Shown: positions 9,894-21,040, numbered from the stretch's first letter. The stretch is 64,000 bases of DNA from Sedimentisphaerales bacterium (GCA_963663965.2 CAXXFK010000029.1:96001-160000), one strand, 5' to 3'. Numbers and translations: made by a program. The notes: a model not told the origin generated them from the letters alone.

Positions 9894-10373
9894 TCAGCAG
9901 GGAACGGCGCTAGGTACTTTGGTCTTTTTTAACGCTACGTCAATCGTTAATCGGCCACTGGAGACTTCACAGGGTATCGTAATAATCGGTACCCCACGCG
10001 GATAGGAGACTTCGTGTTTGCCGATAACGACGGTTGGTACTGAGATCGAATTATCCCCGGTGGGAAAATCCTTTTTGGCGCCTCCAGCGATGATATTAGC
10101 TACTTCGCCAATGGCGTCTTTGCAGTCTTCATTCACTTCATGGATTTCTTCACCTAATAAGGCTGAGGCAATTTGCAGGGCGACCGGTTTGGAAAAGCTG
10201 ATTACAACACTGCCAGTGATCGTACCGGAGACACCGATAATACTGCTGATCTCGAATACCGGTAAGGTATCTTGTTTGAGACGAGGTTTGCCCAAACTAA
10301 ATGGAACATTGATCATGGTTTTGAAAAGATCTTGAATAGAAACCAGAAAAGGATTAATATATCTAACATCCAT
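9894..10373 (-). CDS. cheX: Chemotaxis phosphatase CheX
   Basis: MDVRYINPF start with gaggag RBS; DAIGEVANIIAG (ExxN) motif; ISVPTVV. Confidence 0.93.
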   Translation of the reverse strand: MDVRYINPFLVSIQDLFKTMINVPFSLGKPRLKQDTLPVFEISSIIGVSGTITGSVVISFSKPVALQIASALLGEEIHEVNEDCKDAIGEVANIIAGGAKKDFPTGDNSISVPTVVIGKHEVSYPRGVPIITIPCEVSSGRLTIDVALKKTKVPSAVPC

Positions 10374-10392
10374 GATAATGAAACTCCTCAGG

Positions 10393-11478
<1,086 letters not shown>

Positions 11479-11871
11479 CTAGAGACTGATTTTTTCGATA
11501 TTGAGTGTGTCAACCAGAATCTTACGTATCGCTTCAGGAGTAAATGGTTTGTGGATATAGCCTTTAATGCCGAGGTGCTGCAGTTCTTCAATGCGAGCGG
11601 CGCTGGCTTCCGTGGATATGACGACCATGGGGATATGTTTAAGTGTCGAGTCGTTAAACAACCGTTCAGCCAGTTCCATGCCATTCATTCTGGGCATATT
11701 CAGATCGGCCATAATCAAATCGGCATTACCGTCTGAAAGCAATTGCAAGGCTTCCTGTCCATTGGACGCCTCGATAATTTCGTCCACCTCCACGCCGGTC
11801 ATCCCAATAGTTTTTTTCAGAACAGCCCGGGTTACGGCAGAATCATCGATGATCAGTATTTGGTATCCCAT
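11479..11871 (-). CDS. cheY: Single-domain response regulator (CheY-like)
   Basis: IIDDS, DLNMP, ST, KPF residues; inside che operon. Confidence 0.85.
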   Translation of the reverse strand: MGYQILIIDDSAVTRAVLKKTIGMTGVEVDEIIEASNGQEALQLLSDGNADLIMADLNMPRMNGMELAERLFNDSTLKHIPMVVISTEASAARIEELQHLGIKGYIHKPFTPEAIRKILVDTLNIEKISL

Positions 11872-11899
11872 TGTCTATCCTTTATACGATTAAAGCGGC

Positions 11900-12745
11900 T
11901 TATCCATTTTTCATGTAAGTTGCCGGTTGAATATACTTATAGGGATGATTAATCCCGGTTAACGATTCGGAATGTCCGATAAATAGAACTCCCATTTTGT
12001 CCAGGCAATGGTAGAAACGATTAACCAGTTTTTCCTGAGTTGATTTATCAAAATAGATCATGACATTTCTGCAAAAAATTCCATCAAACGGTCCTTTGAA
12101 TGGCCAGGGTTCCATAAGATTCAAATATCTGAAACGGATCATTTTTTTTAAATCGGGCCGCACCTGGTGAACTTTCCGCCCGGTTAGAGAACTGGTTGAG
12201 AAAAAACGATGGCGCTGTTGCTGAGTAAGGGGTTGAATGCGAGCATCGTCGAACTCGCCCGCGGCAGCCTGCTCGAGCATGCGGGTTGACACATCCGTGG
12301 CCAGAATCAGGATGTCCCAGCCGGTCAAATCCTGGAAAAATTCACGAAGTACAATGGCCAGGGTGTAGGGTTCTTCACCTGAAGAGCAACCTGCCGACCA
12401 GAACCGGATTTTATGAGATCCCGCTTTTTTCTTGCGTTCGATCAAGGACGGTAAATATTCCCGGGAAAGATAATCAAAATGGCTGTTTTCTCGAAAAAAA
12501 CTGGTCAGATTCGTACTGATGGAATCAACCAGCTTGAAAAATTCAGCTTCATCGTGTAGCGCAAAATCCAGGTAAGTATCCACCTGATTGATACGAACAT
12601 CCCGCATGCGTTTCGCCAGCCTGGCACGAACCAGCGCACGTTTCCCGTTATGCAGGTTGATACCGCAATGGTTATAAATAATATCACTGATTCGTCGGAA
12701 ATCGGCTTCTTTCAGTTCGACTTTTTCTTCCAGTAATTCATTCAT
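11900..12745 (-). CDS. cheR: Chemotaxis protein methyltransferase
   Basis: TNLTSFFRE, WSAGCSSGEEPYT, ATDVS, FCRNVMIYFD, GHSE. Confidence 0.97.
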   Translation of the reverse strand: MNELLEEKVELKEADFRRISDIIYNHCGINLHNGKRALVRARLAKRMRDVRINQVDTYLDFALHDEAEFFKLVDSISTNLTSFFRENSHFDYLSREYLPSLIERKKKAGSHKIRFWSAGCSSGEEPYTLAIVLREFFQDLTGWDILILATDVSTRMLEQAAAGEFDDARIQPLTQQQRHRFFSTSSLTGRKVHQVRPDLKKMIRFRYLNLMEPWPFKGPFDGIFCRNVMIYFDKSTQEKLVNRFYHCLDKMGVLFIGHSESLTGINHPYKYIQPATYMKNG

Positions 12746-15432
12746 GCGGCTTCCACCTCTGTGCTTCGGCTACATTTATGAGACAACTGGATCAATCCTG
12801 GAACATCCAGAATCAAACTCACATTTCCGTTCCCCATGATCGCTCCGCCGGAAATTCCCTGAATTGAACCCAGATAGGTTCCAAGGCTTTTAATGACCAC
12901 TTGCTGCTGGCCGAGTAATGAATCCACTTGAACGCCACAACGCTGCTCGCCATCGGAAACAATGACGACCAGTGATTCACAGGGATCGGTATGTTCCGGC
13001 GTCACGTTGAAGATCCGATGCAAGCGGATGAGCGGCAGAAGTTCACCACGAACCATAATCATTTCACCACGTCCCCCCTGAGCCGTTGATAACTGAGTTT
13101 GCGCCGGTCGAAAATTCTGCTCAATCGATATAATCGGTATAATATAATGTTCCTTCCCGACAGTGACTTCCTGTCCATCAATGACGGCCAGAGTCAAAGG
13201 AAGATAGATCGTAAAAGTCGTCCCTTCTCCCAGTTTGGAATCGATATCAATCCGTCCCCGCAACGATTCGATGTTCTTACGGACAACATCCATGCCAACA
13301 CCACGGCCGGATATGCTGGTAACCTGCTCGGCTGTAGAAAGACCGGCATGGAAAATCAACCGATAGATATCCTGGTCTGATAAGTCGGCGCCTTCCTTGA
13401 TAATGCCTGATGCGAGCGCTTTTTTCAGAATTTTTTCCTTATTCAATCCGCGTCCGTCATCGGTGATCTGAATAACGATATTTCCGCCTTTATGGCAGGC
13501 TTTTAGAGAAATTCGGCCCGTTCCGGGCTTGCCATTCTGGATGCGATCTCCAGGCAATTCAATGCCATGATCAACGGAATTGCGGATCATGTGAACCAGG
13601 GGGTCTGCAATGGCTTCAACCACATTACGATCCAGTTCAGTTTCAGCCCCGATAATCTGGAAATCAATTTCTTTTTCCGCTTTCCGAGACAAATCCCGCA
13701 CCAAACGAGCCATTTTCTGGAAAACGCCCTGGACAGGAACCATTCGCATGGACATGGAAAGTTCCTGCAAATCCCTCGTAATTTTTTCGAGATGCCGGGT
13801 ATTCCGTTCCAAACGTTGATTGGATTTAACCATGTCTCCCAGATCCTGGCTAACCATGGATTGTGCGATCACCAATTCTCCAACCATATTGATCATGGCA
13901 TCTAATCGTTCGGTCGTGACTTTGACCGTACTTTCTGTACCCGTTTTCTGGGGAGACCGGGCGCCATTACCAGCCGCATTAGATTTTACGGCAGCCTGCT
14001 GATCGACTTTCATTTGGTTCTGAATGATCACCGCCTGATCGATCTGCTCCCTGGTTGCTATTCCAGATTCTACCAGCACATCGCCGAGTTTAGAAGGTTG
14101 TTCGCTTTCCCGTTGGAATTTTAAAGCATTTCGAACACTGTCTGCATTAATATTATTTTGTTCGATCAGAACTTCGCCCAACCGTTTCACGGGAGCTTCG
14201 CCCGCAGCACAAGATTTGATGCGAGAAATCAGTTCATTGAGCAGGGGATACGGTTTGATGACGCTATTTTGTTCTACCCCAGTACGCAATCCGCCCATCA
14301 TGCGTTTCATGACATCGATGGATTCAAATACTACATCAATATTCGTACCGGAAAGCACCAAATTTCCCTTGCGGGCCAGATCGAGCAGGTTTTCCGTGGC
14401 ATGAGCCAAAGCGCCGATCTGTTTCAGATTTAAAAAGCCTGCGACGCCTTTGATGGTGTGGAAGGCTCGAAAGATAGCATTGATTCTTTCGGGATCTTCG
14501 GGCGCTTCCTCGATATCGAGTAAATCCGCTTCCGCATGTTCGAGATGTTCATATGATTCACTGACAAAATCCATGACCAATGGCACATCGCTTTCCGCGA
14601 TTAGCATGTCTTCGTGGACTTCCGTACCGGCAGTCCCATCAGAAACCTCGTTAAGGGCCGGTGGCTGGACCGCTTCGGAACTTTTTTGATGTTTTTTGTT
14701 TTCACTATCGACAGTCTGTTGAGAGCCAATCAGCCGATTGACGGCATTTTGCATCCAGTCTTTGTGTTCCAGCAGTTTTTCCCCGGGGAAAGTGTTGGGT
14801 GTTTCGATGATTAATGATTCCGCTTCATGGCAGACCGCGGCGAATTCATTTAATCCCATCAGGGCTGACTCGCCTTTCATATTATGCAAAAGCCCTTTGA
14901 TGGTATTGGCATTTTCGACGGATGGATTTTTTTCGCCGGCCAGAATTGCCGATTCAAGACTATCGATTTCATGTGGAATATTAGCAAGAAATTCGCGAAA
15001 AATGTCTTCATCCACATTGTCGGGCAATTGAATACAGAGATTGTTGGAGGATGTTTCCGAAAGAGACTCGTTTAGCGTAATGGCTAATTTGTCCGGAAAA
15101 CGGATATGAGAGACACTACGATTTTGGCTGAGACAATCGACCAGTTGCTGGATTGTCTTTGTGGTTTCTTCTATCAAACAGATCGCAGGTTTGATTTCAT
15201 CCACTTCATCTAAAATGATTTTTTCAATCAAGTCGGCAATGCGATCTGCGGCCTGCTTTACACATTTCATACCGTCAGTATCGCCACATGATGTTTCCGA
15301 TGCAAATGAGGCGATGGTTTGATAATGGGTATGCAACGATGCCAGGCCTATCAGATCATCATTGTCAATCATGATTACCTTCAGAGCGGCGGCTTCAATT
15401 TCATCGATCAGAGGTTTCATACTATGGCTCAA
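12742..15432 (-). CDS. cheA: Chemotaxis histidine kinase CheA with tandem Hpt domains and a MshEN-like insert
   Basis: Hpt motifs LLHNMKG and AFHTIKG; P3 VGELVI; HMIRNSVDHG, DDGRG, GRGVGMDVV; C-terminal CheW domain. Start is TTG 15432 or ATG 15420. Confidence 0.96.
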   Translation of the reverse strand: MSHSMKPLIDEIEAAALKVIMIDNDDLIGLASLHTHYQTIASFASETSCGDTDGMKCVKQAADRIADLIEKIILDEVDEIKPAICLIEETTKTIQQLVDCLSQNRSVSHIRFPDKLAITLNESLSETSSNNLCIQLPDNVDEDIFREFLANIPHEIDSLESAILAGEKNPSVENANTIKGLLHNMKGESALMGLNEFAAVCHEAESLIIETPNTFPGEKLLEHKDWMQNAVNRLIGSQQTVDSENKKHQKSSEAVQPPALNEVSDGTAGTEVHEDMLIAESDVPLVMDFVSESYEHLEHAEADLLDIEEAPEDPERINAIFRAFHTIKGVAGFLNLKQIGALAHATENLLDLARKGNLVLSGTNIDVVFESIDVMKRMMGGLRTGVEQNSVIKPYPLLNELISRIKSCAAGEAPVKRLGEVLIEQNNINADSVRNALKFQRESEQPSKLGDVLVESGIATREQIDQAVIIQNQMKVDQQAAVKSNAAGNGARSPQKTGTESTVKVTTERLDAMINMVGELVIAQSMVSQDLGDMVKSNQRLERNTRHLEKITRDLQELSMSMRMVPVQGVFQKMARLVRDLSRKAEKEIDFQIIGAETELDRNVVEAIADPLVHMIRNSVDHGIELPGDRIQNGKPGTGRISLKACHKGGNIVIQITDDGRGLNKEKILKKALASGIIKEGADLSDQDIYRLIFHAGLSTAEQVTSISGRGVGMDVVRKNIESLRGRIDIDSKLGEGTTFTIYLPLTLAVIDGQEVTVGKEHYIIPIISIEQNFRPAQTQLSTAQGGRGEMIMVRGELLPLIRLHRIFNVTPEHTDPCESLVVIVSDGEQRCGVQVDSLLGQQQVVIKSLGTYLGSIQGISGGAIMGNGNVSLILDVPGLIQLSHKCSRSTEVEAA

Positions 15433-15504
15433 TCTCCCCGGTTCCTCTTAAGGTCCGGTAACATATTGTCACTCTCAATCAGTAAATGAATTAGTACAAA
15501 TGCT

Positions 15505-15532
15505 TAATCGGGTTACAATAGAAGTGGCTTTA
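15505..15532 (-). promoter_or_regulatory. Putative sigma28/FliA-type promoter of the che operon
   Basis: Minus strand TAAAG-N15-CCCGATTA about 70 nt upstream of cheA; resembles TAAA-N15/16-GCCGATAA. Confidence 0.55.
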
Positions 15533-15790
15533 AATGGTTGGACTAAAAGAACTGAGATTCTTTTTAAAGGAACGCTAAATCAGTTAAAACGCGTTTACGA
15601 CCGGGATGGAATAAGGGATTTCCGAGATTTGTTAAACGTTACGGTATCGTTTATTAGGCACTAAAATTCAAATCAGTCCCTGAGTGGAACGTGTCTTGAA
15701 TATCAAGAAAAGAATAAGCGTTTATCAAGGATTATAAACCCAAAGATTTGTTTCTATCTAGTTATCGGTCAGAGTGTTCCGGGTAGGGGA

Positions 15791-16519
15791 TTATCCTGGG
15801 AAGCGGCGGAGTATGCCAACTACAATTCCCTGGATATTAATATTTTTAATCCTGATGGGTGGGTAATCGGGATTTGAGGCTTGCAGACGGATAAAGCCCT
15901 TTTCTTTGAAAAACCGTTTTAATGTTGCTTCATTATTACTGAGAATCGCGACAACAATATCGCCATTTCTTGCTTCGTGACTGGGTTTAACCAGAACGAT
16001 ATCCCCATCACAGATATGATCATCGATCATACTATCGCCTTTAACAGACAGGGCGAAAGTTCCTTCACGCGTTTCAAAAAGTTTGCGAAGATCAATCCAA
16101 TCCGGGTTTTCAATGGCTTCGATCGGTTTGCCGGCGGCGATAGAACCGGCCAATCGATATTGGCCAGGTTCAACAGCGGGGGATTTTTTCGGGGATAATG
16201 CCGTGATGGTTTGTCGGTCAGGAACAGATTTAGTCCCTGACAGCCGCACCGACTCTGAGATGATCAAAGAGCGAGCTTTGTTGGCTTCGCGTCGAAGAAT
16301 GCCTTTTTTTACGAGAGCTTCGACATGCTCGAACACGGTGACTTTGCTTAGTTTGAGATTTTCGGCCAATTCCTGCAGGGTCGGGGAACAACCATGGTCG
16401 TTCCGGTAATCCTGGATCATACGTAATATCTGGACCTGGCGAGGGGTGAGTATTGCCGGATGCCGGAGGGTTGCGTTTAGCGATTCCCTGGACCGTCCGG
16501 TTTTTAATTTGGGTGGCAT
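15791..16519 (-). CDS. lexA: SOS repressor LexA
   Basis: LTPRQ...SPTLQELA wHTH; IAAG cleavage site; GDSM catalytic Ser; TLKR catalytic Lys; RBS ggagag. Confidence 0.96.
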   Translation of the reverse strand: MPPKLKTGRSRESLNATLRHPAILTPRQVQILRMIQDYRNDHGCSPTLQELAENLKLSKVTVFEHVEALVKKGILRREANKARSLIISESVRLSGTKSVPDRQTITALSPKKSPAVEPGQYRLAGSIAAGKPIEAIENPDWIDLRKLFETREGTFALSVKGDSMIDDHICDGDIVLVKPSHEARNGDIVVAILSNNEATLKRFFKEKGFIRLQASNPDYPPIRIKNINIQGIVVGILRRFPG

Positions 16520-16829
16520 TGTTATCTCTCCACGTAGTGTTAGTTTTTGCTGGTGAAGGCTGGCTGATCGTTTCGCAATCGATCAAATAGATTTTTTCGA
16601 CGGCAGGTTGATGAGATTCCTGTTCAATTTGATAACAGTCTAAACCCAGTAAAACCCGAATATTAGCCATCAAACTGGTTAAAACACGTCCGGATTGGGA
16701 ACTCATTTCCTGAAGTTTGCGGGTTTTTTCGTAACTTTCAGGCCAGTGGGTGACATAATCGCCACCTGGTCCAAATTGACAGACAGGAATTTTTTTGTCA
16801 GAGGGATTTGGTTTATTCTGCGAAAACAT
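16230..16829 (-). CDS. Hypothetical protein upstream of lexA and overlapping it by 290 nt in another frame
   Basis: 199-aa ORF, ATG preceded by aggag; lies between the lexA-side promoter and lexA. Confidence 0.5.
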   Translation of the reverse strand: MFSQNKPNPSDKKIPVCQFGPGGDYVTHWPESYEKTRKLQEMSSQSGRVLTSLMANIRVLLGLDCYQIEQESHQPAVEKIYLIDCETISQPSPAKTNTTWRDNNATQIKNRTVQGIAKRNPPASGNTHPSPGPDITYDPGLPERPWLFPDPAGIGRKSQTKQSHRVRACRSSRKKRHSSTRSQQSSLFDHLRVGAAVRD

Positions 16830-16923
16830 GATAGGCTCCTGAGCAGGATTTACCTGTCCCTAACTTCCAGGTATTGTTCAAACGCCAAAAACCGGCAGGA
16901 ACATCCTATAATAACCGGCATAA

Positions 16924-16962
16924 AACCAGTGTTACTGGTTAGGTGTTTGTTAGGGTATTATA
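16924..16962 (-). promoter_or_regulatory. -10 box and candidate LexA operator(s) for the ORF-lexA unit
   Basis: Minus-strand TATAAT at 16957-16962; direct repeat GTTAGG-N5-GTTAGG (16938-16954); palindrome AACCAGT-N3-ACTGGTT (16924-16940). Confidence 0.5.
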
Positions 16963-17143
16963 GTATCGACCCGAACAGATTTCTGCCATGATTTTTTTTA
17001 GTTTTTTTGTTTAAATTTTTCTATAGAACGAGTAGATTCATAACTGATTTTAATTTAACAGGTTACGTTTGAAATTGATTTGACGTGTATTTAAGTTGCT
17101 GTAATATAATGAGATACAATTTTAATGCCTTTATTTCAATCAT

Positions 17144-18281
17144 ATGTTGACTAAAGTGAAAGAAGTAATCGAATTTAAATCTGACTCTGAGGGTCAATTA
17201 GATCTGTATGTCCATGGCCGGCTAGACTATCATTATGTTGCCCGGCAATGGTTGCAAATTCAAAAGCAAATTGAAAGACATTCATGTCGCAATCTGATTA
17301 TCCATGGTGAAGGCATGGATTACTGTGATGCCTCGGGAGTTTGTCTTCTGAGAGTGATCTATGACAAGCACCAGGCAGCAGGGGGGGCGTGCCGACTGGA
17401 CGGTTTCAAATCTCATGTCCTTTATCAATTTAATCTTGCCGAGCCAATTAAAAAACCTTCTGATGGATTTCAGGGATTAAAATGTTTATGCGATTGGATT
17501 GAACTTTACGGGAATAAGGCCGTTCAGTTTGCTCTGGACATTCGTCAACAAATCGAATTCATTGGTCATACCGGATCTGCGCTAGTAACGGTGATTTTGA
17601 AACCATCACGATTACGCTGGCTGGATACTTTTTGGACCATCCAGGCGGCGGGTGTCCAGGCGTTTGGGATTATTGCGCTGGTCAGCCTTTTGCTGGGTTT
17701 AATTCTGGCGTTTCAATCGGCAATCCCCTTAAGACAATTTGGCGCCCAGATATTCGTTGCGGATTTGGTGGCCATTTCTGTAGCTCGTGAACTGGGACCT
17801 TTATTGACGGCGATCATTCTTGCGGGCAGGACCGGGAGCGCCTTCGCGGCAGAGTTGGGCACTATGAAAGTTAATGAAGAATTAAATGCGCTGCACACGA
17901 TGGGGGCTCGATCCCGTAAGGTTCCTGGTAGCGCCACGAGTATTGGCGGCCTTGTTCGTCACGCCATTACTTTCGGTTTTTTCAATCGCCTTTGCATTGA
18001 TTGGCGCCGCGATCGTAATGCAGACCCTTGGTTTTACTATGGTCGCGTACATCAATCAAATTCAGAATGCTGTTTCATTAAAAGATATCTGGGGAGGACT
18101 GTTTAAGGCCTTATTTTTTGGATTGCTGGTGGCGTCGATTGGCTGTCAACGTGGTTTGCAGACCGGATCGGGCGCTCGTGCCGTCGGGGTCTCGGCAACT
18201 CGCGCTGTTGTCAGTGGTATTTTTCTGATATTAATTGCAGATGGCTTGTTTGCCGTGGTATTTTACATACTAGGGATATGA
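17144..18281 (+). pseudogene. STAS + MlaE-family ABC permease, split by a +1 frameshift
   Basis: RELGPLLTAIILAGRTGSAFAAELGTMKVNEE in the first frame; continuation GLDPVRFLVAPR...VGVSATRAVV in the next frame; G5 run at 17902-17906 has one G too many. Confidence 0.85.
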
Positions 18282-19072
18282 CACAAGAAAATAATCCAAA
18301 TATTATTCAAGTTAAAAATCTGACAACGGCTTACGGTTCAACCGTAATTCATGAAGATATTTCATTTGAAGTCAGCCGTGGCCAGATATTTGTTATTCTG
18401 GGGGGATCGGGATGTGGAAAAAGCACGTTAATGAAGCACATGATTGGCTTGTATCGGCCGGTAAAAGGCCAGATCCTGATTGACAATATCGATATTGTGC
18501 AGGCCAATGCCCATGTTATGAGAGAATTGTATCGCAAGTTTGGGGTGATGTATCAGGGTGGGGCATTGTTCGGTTCGATGACCGTACTGCAGAATGTCCG
18601 GCTGGTACTGGAAGAATTTACCCGATTGCCGACGGCAGCCATGAATGCTTTGGCTGCCATGAAACTGGCCATGGTCGGGTTGGCGGATGCCGCGAACAAA
18701 CTGCCCTCGGAACTCAGCGGAGGGATGCAAAAGCGAGCGGCCATATCCCGGGCCATGGCGTTGGATCCGGATATAATTTTTCTGGATGAGCCTTCCGCCG
18801 GCCTTGATCCCATCACCTCGGCAGATCTGGATCAGTTGATACGGTCACTTTCGCGCGAATTAGGCATTACGTTTGTGATTGTCAGTCATGAATTAGCCAG
18901 CATTTATTCCATCGCGGATCATGTCATTATGCTGGATAAGATGACGCGAAAAATTATCGCATCCGGCGATCCCAAGACTTTACGAGAAACAGCCAGTGAA
19001 CCATGGGTTCGAGCCTTTTTCAACCGACAAACCAGCGCCACTATTTCCGACAATCAAGAGGAAACGACATGA
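18278..19072 (+). CDS. MlaF/Ttg2A-type ABC transporter ATP-binding protein
   Basis: GGSGCGKST, LSGGMQKR, FLDEPSAGLDP, SH; ATGA overlap with the permease. Confidence 0.93.
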   Translation: MTQENNPNIIQVKNLTTAYGSTVIHEDISFEVSRGQIFVILGGSGCGKSTLMKHMIGLYRPVKGQILIDNIDIVQANAHVMRELYRKFGVMYQGGALFGSMTVLQNVRLVLEEFTRLPTAAMNALAAMKLAMVGLADAANKLPSELSGGMQKRAAISRAMALDPDIIFLDEPSAGLDPITSADLDQLIRSLSRELGITFVIVSHELASIYSIADHVIMLDKMTRKIIASGDPKTLRETASEPWVRAFFNRQTSATISDNQEETT

Positions 19073-20181
19073 AATTAAAAATCAACTATTTTGGTATCGG
19101 TTTGTTTATCATAGGAGCGTTCGCTTTGGTATTGGCCGGCGTGATTTTCTGGGGAGCCGATAGTTTCAGTCGAAATAAATATTTTATAGAAACTTACTTT
19201 GACGAAACAGTGCAGGGATTGAATATCGGATCGCCAGTCTATTACCGCGGGGTTAAAATCGGGGAGGTGCACGATATTGCGTTTGCCGTGATGAACTATC
19301 CAGAAATATCCCAGGCCAGCAAATTCAGCAAATATATCCAGGTAACCATCTCCATGACACAGGAACGGTCCGGGGCGCGCAAGCATCCTCCGATTACGAT
19401 TTTACGGCGCCTGATTGAAGAAGGGTTGCGATTACGATTGGTCACCCAGCCATTGACCGGCATTGCTTACGTTGAAGCCGATTATGTTGATCCGGAACTT
19501 TATCCCGAACTAGAGATCGCCTGGGAACCGGCTTCGACTTATATTCCCAGCGCCCCCAGTCTGTTAAGCAAGCTGACCCAAACCGCGGAAAACGCGTTTA
19601 AACGCCTGTCAGAGATGGATATTAACGCCCTGCTGAATAAAGCGGATCAATTGTTAACGAATTTAAATCAAGTGGTTGTGGATGCTCAAATCAAAACAGT
19701 CAGTGATGAGGTGATTAAAACAGTCAAGGATTTTGGTTTGCTCAGCAGTCAGACACGGCAATATCTGTCCCCTGACGACAGTTCACAACCCAAGACAACT
19801 CTGGATGATGTTCTTGGCGCACTTACGGACCTGATTGGAACACTGGAGTCGGAAGTTCAGAAGATTCAGTTTGAAAAAGTGAGTGAAGAGCTTATAGTCC
19901 TGTTAAAAGAGTTGCAGCAAACCAACGATAAAATTCAGGCGTTGGCGATGAGTTCGCCTGACAAGCCACAAGCAACCGTTGAAGATGTTCTGACTTCGAT
20001 CGAATCTACCTCAGATAATGTCGGTCATATGGCACAGCGGATGGAGCCTGAAATTGTCAATTTAATAAACAGTCTTGTCCGCACTACTAATGAGCTGAAA
20101 ACTTTAATAAACGATTTGCAGGAACATCCCAGCCGTACGATTTTCAGTGGACCTCCTGCTCCGACGGAGATTGAACCATGA
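19069..20181 (+). CDS. MlaD/MCE-family substrate-binding protein
   Basis: N-terminal TM, ETVQGLNIGSPVYYRGVKIG MCE motif, long helical tail ending L..HPS; start at ATG 19069 (ATGA coupling). Confidence 0.9.
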   Translation: MKLKINYFGIGLFIIGAFALVLAGVIFWGADSFSRNKYFIETYFDETVQGLNIGSPVYYRGVKIGEVHDIAFAVMNYPEISQASKFSKYIQVTISMTQERSGARKHPPITILRRLIEEGLRLRLVTQPLTGIAYVEADYVDPELYPELEIAWEPASTYIPSAPSLLSKLTQTAENAFKRLSEMDINALLNKADQLLTNLNQVVVDAQIKTVSDEVIKTVKDFGLLSSQTRQYLSPDDSSQPKTTLDDVLGALTDLIGTLESEVQKIQFEKVSEELIVLLKELQQTNDKIQALAMSSPDKPQATVEDVLTSIESTSDNVGHMAQRMEPEIVNLINSLVRTTNELKTLINDLQEHPSRTIFSGPPAPTEIEP

Positions 20182-20816
20182 TACCCTTTCGTATAATTAT
20201 TGTATATGTATTACTGGCCGGTCTGATCGGTTGTCAATCGGGTAAGATGGCTATGGAACGACAATATTATGTGCTGGATTGTGAGCCTGTTCAACAGGAA
20301 ATGGCGTTAGATGCGTCCAAGCCTGATTTGATGGTCCGCCCCATAGCGATCGCGTCAGTTTATGAACGGGATAATTTCCTGATACGCCGCGATGTCGCCG
20401 CGTATTCAGCGGATTATTATCATATGTTTTTAACCGATCCCCAAGATCAGATCACCGATCTGACCCGGCGCTGGCTGGCTGCCAGTGGAATATTTTCGTC
20501 TGTATCCCGACCGTCTCAAAATCCAGTCAGCGCCTATGAATTAAATGGTACGATCGAAAAACTGGAAATAGATCTACAAAATAAGGAACAGCCTCGATGT
20601 GTATTTGCGATACGTTTCTTTTTGACTACTACCCAGGGGCAAGTTCGACAAGTTGTTTTCAATCGATATTATTCATCCGAGAAAATTCCAGAATCCATTC
20701 ATGCCAACCCTATCGTCAATGGATGGAATGAATGTATTAAGGAGATTTTGGGCCGGTTGGAAAATGACTTGGGAGAGGTTGTGAGGTTATACAGCGTGGA
20801 TAATGAGTCACATTGA
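20178..20816 (+). CDS. PqiC-like ABC transport auxiliary lipoprotein
   Basis: Lipobox LIGC, YYVLD, YHMFLTDP..I; last gene of MCE operon. Confidence 0.8.
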   Translation: MIPFRIIIVYVLLAGLIGCQSGKMAMERQYYVLDCEPVQQEMALDASKPDLMVRPIAIASVYERDNFLIRRDVAAYSADYYHMFLTDPQDQITDLTRRWLAASGIFSSVSRPSQNPVSAYELNGTIEKLEIDLQNKEQPRCVFAIRFFLTTTQGQVRQVVFNRYYSSEKIPESIHANPIVNGWNECIKEILGRLENDLGEVVRLYSVDNESH

Positions 20817-21040
20817 TCATTGGGAGTGGGATCTGGAGCGATTGCCGGGCAAGATAAGACAGGCGCAACATGATGTGAAATAATGAGCTACGGGGATTGT
20901 TGTTGAATTTAGCTTATTTGGGATCTGCATTAGCGGATTTAGAAAAATGAAGTATATTTAATCATAAGTCCGGTTAGTACGATATATCTTGTAATACGGC
21001 ATTTTAGCCGAAATTATCGAATAATCTGTGAGGGTTAGAA

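Noticed and set aside
17886..18281. Separate gene or programmed frameshift for the permease C-terminus
   Set aside because: It continues the upstream permease mid-motif, and no slippery heptamer or stimulatory structure is evident
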